Source: Blattabacterium cuenoti (lineage in GTDB: Bacteria; Bacteroidota; Bacteroidia; Flavobacteriales; Blattabacteriaceae). Taken from it: DNA of 32,000 nucleotides. The position numbers and the translations under genes were made by a program. Shown here piece after piece: positions 1-7,850 of this stretch (position 1 is the first letter of the stretch; every line of letters starts with the position of its first letter). The stretch is taken from the NCBI GenBank assembly GCA_014251975.1, contig CP059204.1, positions 180,001-212,000 on the forward strand, read 5' to 3'. Under the pieces are notes generated by a model that had not been told where the DNA came from, did no database searches, and saw only the letters and a list, made by a program, of their open reading frames with translations.

Positions 1-519
1 TGAAGTATAGTGTTCTACTGATTTAAATTGGTAAAATAAAAAATTTTTTTTATAAATAATTTTTACTAATTTATCTATATAAGTTTTTTTGTCTATTTTT
101 TGTATATATAAAAAAAACATGTTCAATAATTTTTATTTCATTATTAAAATTATTAAAAATAATCAAATTTTTATAGAAATTTAACCGTATTTTAGGAATA
201 TTATATACACTATTATTATTTAAAAAATTAATATTTTTAGATCCCAATAATAAAGTATTTGGATATATATCTCTTATTTTTATATACAATTATATAGGTG
301 TAGTAATATCATCTAAAATTTTTTTTCTGAGTAGTTATAAAATTAAATTTTAACATAATTTGTTATTATTTGTTATACTTAAACTGTTAAACTATATTTA
401 TATTAAACTACTACGGTAATAATGTAATAATAAAAAAATGGTATTGTATAAAAAAAATTTTAATTTTTTTTACGTATTTTATCTGTTTTTATAAAAACTG
501 AAAAATTTACATTTTATAT

Positions 520-1215
520 ATGCATATGTCAATTTTAATGAAAAATATTTCTTGTTTGCTATTATCTATTTTTATACCAATTTATACTTCTATTTTTATT
601 AAAAATATTAAAAAAAAAAATGATATAAAAAAAAATGAAATTCAAACTGCTGTCGAATATATTAAAAAATATTCTCATATAGCAGTTAAAGATATGGAAA
701 AATATGGGATACCAGCTAGTATTAAGTTGGGACAAGCTATGGTAGAATCATCTATTGGTAAAAGTATATTATCAAAAAAAACGAATAATCATTTTGGAAT
801 AAAATGTGGTAAATATTGGACAGGAAATAAATATCATAATAATGACACTTATCTTTGTTTTAGAAAATATAACACTGTTCAAGATTCTTTTAAAGATCAT
901 TCAAATGTTTTAAGACTTCCACGTTATTCTAAACTTTTTTCTTGTAAAAAGAACGATTATAGATCTTGGGCAAAAGAATTGAAAAAATTAGGATATGCAA
1001 CTTCTATAGGGTATACAAAATTAATAATAAAAAATATAGAGAAATATTTTTTGTGGAAATTAGATAAAGAAGTAGTATCTAATATAGAGAGAAGAATAAA
1101 CTTACATATAAAATTAATTATGAGAACACATAATAAATATAAGATAAAAAAAACAATGGAAAAAATTAGTTTTTTCCGTAAATTCATTTTTAAAATATTC
1201 AAAAAAAAATTATAG
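520..1215 (+). CDS. Glucosaminidase-domain peptidoglycan hydrolase (mannosyl-glycoprotein endo-beta-N-acetylglucosaminidase / GH73-like) with N-terminal hydrophobic anchor or signal
   Basis: 231-aa ORF. The N-terminus is hydrophobic (ISCLLLSIFIPIYTSIF). It is followed by GIPASIKLGQAMVESSIGKS...NNHFGIKC...F(R)KY...SF.DH, the pattern I recognise from the FlgJ/GH73 glucosaminidase domain, including the conserved Glu in the (Q)A..ES motif. The start codon is ambiguous (ATG at 520, 526 or 538). Confidence 0.7.
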   Translation: MHMSILMKNISCLLLSIFIPIYTSIFIKNIKKKNDIKKNEIQTAVEYIKKYSHIAVKDMEKYGIPASIKLGQAMVESSIGKSILSKKTNNHFGIKCGKYWTGNKYHNNDTYLCFRKYNTVQDSFKDHSNVLRLPRYSKLFSCKKNDYRSWAKELKKLGYATSIGYTKLIIKNIEKYFLWKLDKEVVSNIERRINLHIKLIMRTHNKYKIKKTMEKISFFRKFIFKIFKKKL

Positions 1216-1263
1216 TACAATAGTACATATATAGTAATAAATTACTATAAAAATTTATAAATT

Positions 1264-1647
1264 ATGCATTCAAAAAAAAAATATAGTACAAACCATGAAT
1301 GGGTAGAATTAGATACAATTAATAATTTAATAGGATATATAGGTATTAGTACTTTTGCTAAAAAAGAATTAGGAGATATTATATATTTGGATATAGATTA
1401 TACTATTCTAAAAAAAGAAATTGGTATAAATGAATCTTTTGGAACTATAGAAGCAGTAAAAACAGTTTCAGATTTATTTATGCCTATTTCAGGTAAAATT
1501 ATAGAAATAAATAACAAATTGCTAAAAAATCCAGAAAAAATAAATAATAATATATGGATTATAAAAATAAATATCAAAGATATAAAAGAATACAATAACT
1601 TATTGTCTTTAGAAGAATATGAAAAATATTATAAAAAAAATAATTAA
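1264..1647 (+). CDS. gcvH: Glycine cleavage system H protein (lipoyl carrier)
   Basis: 127-aa ORF. It has the HEWV start of the H-protein fold and the lipoyl-lysine motif ...GTIEAVKTVSDLFMPISG..., and the size is typical for GcvH. Confidence 0.85.
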   Translation: MHSKKKYSTNHEWVELDTINNLIGYIGISTFAKKELGDIIYLDIDYTILKKEIGINESFGTIEAVKTVSDLFMPISGKIIEINNKLLKNPEKINNNIWIIKINIKDIKEYNNLLSLEEYEKYYKKNN

Positions 1648-1662
1648 AAAATTTACAAATTT

Positions 1663-3891
1663 GTGAAAAAAAATGATAAATATTATGAATTTTTAAATAA
1701 TAATAAAGTATCAGAACAAATAACTGATTTTCACGATAAGAATATAACTATAGTACACTTTTTAATCCCTTCTATTCATTGTAGCTCTTGTATATTATTA
1801 CTAGAAACATTACCAAAAACACAAAAAGGAATTTTTAGTTCTACTGTAGATTTTATAAGCAAAAAAATATGGATTACATTTGATAATACTAAATTAAAAT
1901 TAAGTGATATTGCTATACTCCTTGATAAAATAGGTTATAAACCAACTATAAATTTTGATTCTATAAAAAAAAAAGAAGAAAAAAAAATTGATAGAAATTT
2001 AATTGCAAAACTAGCTATTTCTTTTTTTTGCTTTGGAAATATAATGTTTTTATCAATACCAGAATATTTAGGTTCATATGAAGATAATTGGTATAAAGAT
2101 AATAGCTATTTTTTTCGTTACACCATGTTGTTATTATCATTACCCATTTTAATATTATCTTTATCAGATAATATTAAATATGCTATATTAGGATTAAAAA
2201 AAAATATTATTAATATAGAAGTTCCTATAACTATTGGAATTTTTGTACTTTTTTTTTGGAGTTGTTTTGAAGTTATTTTTAACTCTAGATCAGGATATTT
2301 TGACAGTCTTTCTGGTTTTTACTTATTTTTATTAATAAGTAAAATTTTTCAAGTACATACTCATAATAAAATATTTTCTTTTAATAAAAACTACAAATCT
2401 TTCTATCCAATTTTAATAACAAAATTTTCTAATAAAAAAGAAAAAAAAATATTGTTATCTTCTTTAAAAAAAGGTGATATAATTATAATTAAAAATGAAG
2501 AAATAATACCATCGGATTCTATATTAATTAGAGGTATAGCAATTATAGATAACAGTTTTATTACAGGAGAATCTAATTTAGTTAATAAAAAAATAGGAGA
2601 TAAAATTTATGCTGGATCAAAACAAAAAGGAAAATTAATTCATTTAAAAGTAATAAAAAACGTAGATGAGAGTTATTTAAGTATTTTATGGGAAAAAAGC
2701 AAATTTAATAAAAAGGAAAAATTATATATTAATTCTATAACAAATAGATTAAGTAAATATTTTACCCCTTCAGTATTAATAATTTCTATTATTTCTGGAT
2801 TATATTGGTATTTCTACAAAAATAATATTCAAAAAACTTTTCAAACTGTATTTTCTATACTTATTATAACTTGCCCTTGTGCAATAGTTTTATCAGCACC
2901 ATTAATATTTGGTAATATTATTAATTTTTTTTCTAAACATGGATTTTATATAAAAAATATTTTATCAATGGAAAAATTTTCCTTTGGAAAAGTTTTAGTT
3001 TTTGATAAGACTGGTACATTAACAAATACAAATAAAGAAAATATAAAATTTATTGGTAGGTATTTAAACAAAGAGAAAAAAAAAATGATAGTTTCTTTAT
3101 TAAGACATTCTAGTCATCCTTTAAGCAAAAGAATACTGTTAGAATTAGGTAATTATAATAATACTTATTCAATAAAAAATTTTAGAGAAGTATTAGGAAA
3201 AGGTCTGGAATGTGAAATTAATAATATTCCTATAAAAATAGGATCTTATAAGTACTTAGGAATAAATGATAAAAAAAAAAATGAAACGACCACAGTAGCT
3301 GTATCAATTAAAAATAAATTAATAGGATATTTTTTATTTAGTAACTATTACCGTGAAGGGATAGAAAATGTTTTTAAAAATTTAAAAAAATATGAAGTAA
3401 TTATATTATCAGGTGATAATAATATATTAGAAAAAAAATATTTAAAATCTATACTTCCAAAATATAGTAAGATACATTTTAATCAAAGTCCTAAAGATAA
3501 ATTAAACTATATAAAAAAACTTCAAAAAAAAAAAAAAAATGTAATAATGTTTGGAGATGGAGTAAATGATGGTGCAGCTTTAAATCAAAGTGATGTAGGA
3601 ATTTCTGTATCAGATACACCCACAAATTTTTTCCCTAATTGTGATGCATTAATACAAACTAATTGTTTAAAACAAATTTATTTATTTTTAAGTATATCAA
3701 ATATATCTGTAAAATTGGTAATTTTTAATTTTATTATTAGTTTATTTTATAATATTATTGGAATTTTTTTTGCATTTACAGGAAAATTAAACCCATTATT
3801 AGCAGCTGTTTTAATGCCAATTAGTTCTTTATCAGTAATTATATTTTCAATTATATCTACATTTATAGTTTCAAAAAAATTAAAACATTAG
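1663..3891 (+). CDS. ccoI: Copper-translocating P1B-type ATPase of the cbb3 oxidase maturation type (CcoI/FixI)
   Basis: 742-aa ORF carrying an N-terminal HMA-like CxxC (IHCSSC), TGES (ITGESN), the membrane CPC motif (ITCPCAI), the phosphorylation site DKTGTLT, SSHPLS (HP motif) and the hinge GDGVNDGAAL. It lies directly upstream of ccoS-ccoNO. It starts at GTG 1663; no in-frame ATG exists upstream of the CxxC motif. It is in the same frame as gcvH, 15 nt after the gcvH stop. Confidence 0.85.
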   Translation: MKKNDKYYEFLNNNKVSEQITDFHDKNITIVHFLIPSIHCSSCILLLETLPKTQKGIFSSTVDFISKKIWITFDNTKLKLSDIAILLDKIGYKPTINFDSIKKKEEKKIDRNLIAKLAISFFCFGNIMFLSIPEYLGSYEDNWYKDNSYFFRYTMLLLSLPILILSLSDNIKYAILGLKKNIINIEVPITIGIFVLFFWSCFEVIFNSRSGYFDSLSGFYLFLLISKIFQVHTHNKIFSFNKNYKSFYPILITKFSNKKEKKILLSSLKKGDIIIIKNEEIIPSDSILIRGIAIIDNSFITGESNLVNKKIGDKIYAGSKQKGKLIHLKVIKNVDESYLSILWEKSKFNKKEKLYINSITNRLSKYFTPSVLIISIISGLYWYFYKNNIQKTFQTVFSILIITCPCAIVLSAPLIFGNIINFFSKHGFYIKNILSMEKFSFGKVLVFDKTGTLTNTNKENIKFIGRYLNKEKKKMIVSLLRHSSHPLSKRILLELGNYNNTYSIKNFREVLGKGLECEINNIPIKIGSYKYLGINDKKKNETTTVAVSIKNKLIGYFLFSNYYREGIENVFKNLKKYEVIILSGDNNILEKKYLKSILPKYSKIHFNQSPKDKLNYIKKLQKKKKNVIMFGDGVNDGAALNQSDVGISVSDTPTNFFPNCDALIQTNCLKQIYLFLSISNISVKLVIFNFIISLFYNIIGIFFAFTGKLNPLLAAVLMPISSLSVIIFSIISTFIVSKKLKH
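3524..3539. repeat. A16 homopolymer inside ccoI (in frame)
   Basis: Counted directly (cttc-A16-tgta). It encodes QKKKKN just upstream of the GDGVNDGAAL hinge motif. Confidence 0.95.
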
Positions 3892-3901
3892 TACATAATT
3901 T

Positions 3902-4090
3902 ATGGATGTTATAATAATAATGATATTATCAAGTATATCTTTAGGTGTATTTTTTCTTATATTTTTTTTATTTAGTCTATATTCTGGACAATTTGATGAT
4001 TATGATTCTTATGGAGTAAGAATATTAATAGATGATAATTTAAACGATGAAGTAAATAATAAAATTACTAATAATGAAGTTAAAAGCTAA
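3902..4090 (+). CDS. ccoS: cbb3-type cytochrome oxidase maturation protein CcoS/FixS
   Basis: 62-aa ORF with one TM helix followed by SGQFDDYDS...RILIDD, matching the CcoS signature (SGQFDD). It sits between ccoI and ccoN. Confidence 0.75.
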   Translation: MDVIIIMILSSISLGVFFLIFFLFSLYSGQFDDYDSYGVRILIDDNLNDEVNNKITNNEVKS

Positions 4091-6305
4091 ATTAAAATCA
4101 AATCATATATGCTATTTTAACAATACAATTGTAAAGGCATTTTTATATGCTACAATATTTTGGGCTTTAATTAGTTTTTTAGCAGGATTATTCATTGCAT
4201 TATTATTATTTTTTCCAGAATTACCAGAATTAACTTTGGGTGAAAAATTAAAACATACTCAAGGAATATTTGGATTTGGTCGATGGAGAATGTTACATAC
4301 AAATACTGCTATATTTGCTTTTGTTGGTAATATAATTTTTACAGGATACTATTATTCCATACAACGTTTATTAAGAAATAGAATATTCAGTGATATTCTT
4401 AGTTGGATACATTTTTGGGGATGGCAAATATTTATTGTTTTTACCTGGATTACTTTTTTATTAGGAATAAATACAAGCAAAGAGTATTCTGAACATGAAT
4501 GGCCAATTGATATATTGATTTTATTCATATGGGTTATTTATGGAATAAATATGATTGGAAGTATTTTAAAAAGAAAAATTAAACATTTATACGTAAGTAT
4601 TTGGTTTTTATTAGGGACTTGGGTCGCTGTTGCAATGTTACATATTTTTAATAATTTAGAACTACCTATTTCTATTTTTTCTTTTAAAAGTTATTCTATT
4701 TACGCAGGTGTTCAAGATGCATTAATGCAATGGTGGTATGGGCATAATGCAGTAGCTTTTATTTTAACTACTCCAATATTAGGATTAATGTATTATTTTG
4801 TTCCAAAAGCATCTAATCAACCTATATATTCTTATAAACTTTCTATAATTCATTTTTGGTCATTGATATTTATTTATATATGGGCTGGGCCACATCATTT
4901 AATGTATACATCACTTCCAAATTGGGCACAAACATTAGGAACTATTTTTTCAATAATGTTAATTGCGCCCTCTTGGGGCGGTATGATAAATGGACTCTTA
5001 ACTTTAAGACCGTCTTGGAATAAATCAAAAAATAATCCAATAATAAAATTTTTTGCAATTGGAATAACTTGTTATGGTATGGCTACTTTTGAAGGGCCTA
5101 TGTTAGCTACTAAAACTCTTAATTCTATTGCACATTTTACAGATTGGGTAATAGCTCATGTTCATTTAGGTACATTAGGTTGGAATGGTTTCATGGCATT
5201 TGGTATAATGTACTGGTTAGTACAAAAGTTATGGAATACTAAACTATACTCTATATCATTAATTAATACTCATTTTTGGTTAGGTGTAACAGGGATAATA
5301 TTATATATATTTCCAATGTATTTAGGATCAGTAATTCAGTCTTCAATGTGGAAAAAATTTAATCCTGATGGTACTTTGTATTATAAAAATTTTTTAGATT
5401 CTGTTATATCTATTATCCCATTTTATAAAATAAGATTCATAGGTGGTTTTTTTTATCTTTTAGGATTTATATTAATGATATATAACATTTTTAGAACAAT
5501 TCAAAATGGTAATTTTGTTGATAATGAAAAATTTAATTTTTTTTATAATGAAAATTATAAAAATAATAATAAAAATGAAAAATTTCATAATTGGCTAGAA
5601 AGAAAACCAATACAAATGACTATACTTTCATTTTTAGCAGTAGCATTTGGTGGTTTTGTTGAAATTTTGCCTACTATAATTATTAAATCTAATGTACCAA
5701 CGATTAAAAATGTAAAACCATATACTGCACTTGAATTGGAAGGAAGAGATTTATTTGTTAGAGAAGGATGTAATGCTTGTCATAGTGCTCAAGTAAGGCC
5801 ATTTAGAGATGAAGTCGTACGTTATGGAGAATACTCTAAAGCTGGAGAATTTGTATATGATCATCCATTTCTTTGGGGTTCTAAAAGAACTGGCCCAGAT
5901 TTAGCAAGAGAAGGTGGTAAAAATCCTAATTCTTGGCATTATAATCATTTGCTAAATCCCAGATCTACTTCACCAGGATCAATAATGCCAAGATATCCAT
6001 GGTTAATATACAATAAATTAGATACTTATTATACAAAAAATAAGATAGAAGCAATGATTAAATTAGGTGTTCCTTATTCTAATGAATATAGGTATAATTT
6101 TAAAAATAAAATGCTTTATCAAGCAAAAAAAATTGTACATGAAATTTATGATGAGTATCCTAATATTAAAATAGAAATAAAAAAACAAAAATTAATAGAG
6201 AAAGATAAATTTATTCCTTTGGAAGAAAGAGAAATTATTGCATTAATTTCATATTTACAGCGTTTAGGAACGGATATAAAAAATATAAAAAAAACTAATG
6301 ATTAG
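4074..6305 (+). CDS. ccoNO: Fused cbb3-type cytochrome c oxidase subunits I and II (CcoN-CcoO)
   Basis: 743-aa ORF. The N-terminal ~480 aa is polytopic with CcoN His motifs (WWYGHNAVAF, AGPHHLMY, VIAHVHLGTLGWNG). An N/K-rich linker follows. The CcoO part has a TM helix, heme c site CNACHS, WGSKRTGPDLAREG and GSIMPRYPWL. The natural N-O fusion is characteristic of Bacteroidota. It overlaps ccoS by 17 nt. Confidence 0.9.
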   Translation: MKLKAKLKSNHICYFNNTIVKAFLYATIFWALISFLAGLFIALLLFFPELPELTLGEKLKHTQGIFGFGRWRMLHTNTAIFAFVGNIIFTGYYYSIQRLLRNRIFSDILSWIHFWGWQIFIVFTWITFLLGINTSKEYSEHEWPIDILILFIWVIYGINMIGSILKRKIKHLYVSIWFLLGTWVAVAMLHIFNNLELPISIFSFKSYSIYAGVQDALMQWWYGHNAVAFILTTPILGLMYYFVPKASNQPIYSYKLSIIHFWSLIFIYIWAGPHHLMYTSLPNWAQTLGTIFSIMLIAPSWGGMINGLLTLRPSWNKSKNNPIIKFFAIGITCYGMATFEGPMLATKTLNSIAHFTDWVIAHVHLGTLGWNGFMAFGIMYWLVQKLWNTKLYSISLINTHFWLGVTGIILYIFPMYLGSVIQSSMWKKFNPDGTLYYKNFLDSVISIIPFYKIRFIGGFFYLLGFILMIYNIFRTIQNGNFVDNEKFNFFYNENYKNNNKNEKFHNWLERKPIQMTILSFLAVAFGGFVEILPTIIIKSNVPTIKNVKPYTALELEGRDLFVREGCNACHSAQVRPFRDEVVRYGEYSKAGEFVYDHPFLWGSKRTGPDLAREGGKNPNSWHYNHLLNPRSTSPGSIMPRYPWLIYNKLDTYYTKNKIEAMIKLGVPYSNEYRYNFKNKMLYQAKKIVHEIYDEYPNIKIEIKKQKLIEKDKFIPLEEREIIALISYLQRLGTDIKNIKKTND

Positions 6306-6492
6306 TTTACTTAAGAATTATTTTAGAAAAGAAAAATTTATAGGTATTTTTCAGTCTATTTTACTATTAATTTTTTTATTAGTTTTTTTTATAATTATAT
6401 TTTACGTTTTATCTAAATCTAAAAAGTATTATAAAGAAGAAAGTAGTTTACCATTAGAAAAAATAAAAGAAGATAAAAATTATGAGATATAA
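6298..6492 (+). CDS. CcoQ/FixQ-like small membrane subunit of cbb3 oxidase
   Basis: 64-aa ORF with a single TM helix and a tail KKYYKEESSLPLE, resembling flavobacterial CcoQ-family proteins. It sits between ccoNO and ccoP, with 8-nt and 11-nt overlaps suggesting translational coupling. Confidence 0.55.
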   Translation: MISLLKNYFRKEKFIGIFQSILLLIFLLVFFIIIFYVLSKSKKYYKEESSLPLEKIKEDKNYEI

Positions 6493-7360
6493 AGTCCCTT
6501 TTTTTATTTCTATCCCAATTATTTTTTCTATTATACTATTTATATCTTACATATTTTTTTCAAGTTATAATCAATTATCATATATATTACATCCCATTTC
6601 TATAATTCTTTTCATTATTATTTTAACTCTTATTGGAATATTAGAATGGATAAATGATTTAATTTTTCAAAAAAAATTAAAATTACTTAAAAAAGAAGAA
6701 AGGAAAATTTTTTTGAAAAAAAATGAAGGGAATTATTTTTATAGTCTTTATAAATTTATATTTAATGATCCCAAAGTAGTATATCAAAACGTTAAAAAAA
6801 TAGATCATGGGTTTGATGGTATAATAGAATTAGATAATAAATTACCAGTTTGGTGGATACATTTATTTTATTTTACTATTATTATTTCAATAATATATTT
6901 CATATCTTATTTGTTTTTAGATTTTTCTAATCCTTATAATGAATACAATATAGATTATAAAAATCAGTTAAAATCAATAAAAATTTTTGAAAAAAATTCT
7001 CCCCAAGCTACAATAGAAACATCTTTATATAAAAAAGATTTAATAAATAATGGTAAAAATTTATTTTTAGAAAATTGTTCAACTTGTCATAAAGAAGATG
7101 GTAGTGGGAACATAGGTCCAAACTTAACAGATAATTATTGGATTAATGTATTAGAAAAAAATTTATATAAAAATATATTTTCTATAATATGGAATGGAAG
7201 TAAAAAAAATCCCACAATGAGAGCTTTTGGTAGATCAGGAGAAATAAAAGGAAATGATATAGAAAAAATATCTAGTTATGTTTATTTTATAAATAGAAAA
7301 AAAGAAAAACCTATAAAATGTAAATTACCTCAAGGTGATATAGTCCCAGATTGGAAATAA
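6482..7360 (+). CDS. ccoP: cbb3-type cytochrome c oxidase subunit III (CcoP), with a single heme c motif
   Basis: 292-aa ORF. It has the FixP N-terminal domain signature HGFDGIIELDNKLPVWW, TM helices, and a C-terminal class I cytochrome c domain with one CxxCH (CSTCHK) and a candidate distal Met in NPTMRAFG. Confidence 0.8.
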   Translation: MRYKVPFFISIPIIFSIILFISYIFFSSYNQLSYILHPISIILFIIILTLIGILEWINDLIFQKKLKLLKKEERKIFLKKNEGNYFYSLYKFIFNDPKVVYQNVKKIDHGFDGIIELDNKLPVWWIHLFYFTIIISIIYFISYLFLDFSNPYNEYNIDYKNQLKSIKIFEKNSPQATIETSLYKKDLINNGKNLFLENCSTCHKEDGSGNIGPNLTDNYWINVLEKNLYKNIFSIIWNGSKKNPTMRAFGRSGEIKGNDIEKISSYVYFINRKKEKPIKCKLPQGDIVPDWK

Positions 7361-7385
7361 CAAAAATAAATTACATAAATATTTT

Positions 7386-7832
7386 ATGAAAAAAAAAATT
7401 AATTGGGATGTTGCAATAGTATTATCTCTAATGATTTTTATAATATTTATTGTATATATAGCATTTTTTTATTCTAATGTTACAAGTCAATTAATATCAG
7501 ATAGATATTATGAAGATGAAATAAAATATCAAGAAACTATTGAAGAGAAAAAAAATTTTTTAAAGTTATACAAAAATATACAAATATTTTCAACTCCACT
7601 TGGAATAAAAATTATTATACCATTATATAATGAACATATAAAAGGATTTCTTATACTTTTAAGATTTTCTTCAAAAGATTTAGATATAAAAAGAATATTT
7701 GAATTTCCTAAATATTCATATAAAAAAATTTTTATATCAAAAAAAATATTAAAAAAAGGATATTATAAATTAATAATTAGATGGAAATCCAACAAAAATT
7801 TTTTTTTCGAGAAAAAAATTTATTTAGAATAA
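7386..7832 (+). CDS. FixH-family membrane protein (cbb3 oxidase assembly associated)
   Basis: 148-aa ORF with an N-terminal KINW + TM helix, then YYEDEIKYQETI and a C-terminal GYYKLIIRWKS...FFEKKIY. This pattern and size match flavobacterial FixH-family proteins that close the cco cluster. Confidence 0.6.
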   Translation: MKKKINWDVAIVLSLMIFIIFIVYIAFFYSNVTSQLISDRYYEDEIKYQETIEEKKNFLKLYKNIQIFSTPLGIKIIIPLYNEHIKGFLILLRFSSKDLDIKRIFEFPKYSYKKIFISKKILKKGYYKLIIRWKSNKNFFFEKKIYLE

Positions 7833-7850
7833 AAAAATAAAAATATTAAA

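Noticed and set aside
71-289. 72-aa minus-strand ORF in the left non-coding region
   Set aside because: The composition is low-complexity N/I/K/F-rich, as expected from random AT-rich sequence. I recognise no motif, and there is no flanking gene context. I did not call it a CDS, but it is mentioned under the 1..519 finding as a possible remnant.
957-1220. 87-aa minus-strand ORF
   Set aside because: It is entirely antisense to the motif-bearing glucosaminidase gene. Its hydrophobic, low-complexity translation is typical of antisense frames in AT-rich DNA.
1398-1595. 65-aa minus-strand ORF
   Set aside because: It is antisense to gcvH, which has clear conserved motifs, and has no motifs of its own.
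5500-5620. N/K-rich low-complexity segment in the middle of the 743-aa cco ORF, considered as a possible artefactual fusion or hidden frameshift between ccoN and ccoO
   Set aside because: The reading frame is continuous, with conserved CcoN motifs before and CcoO motifs after. Natural CcoN-CcoO fusion is the known state in Bacteroidota, and the segment is simply the linker.
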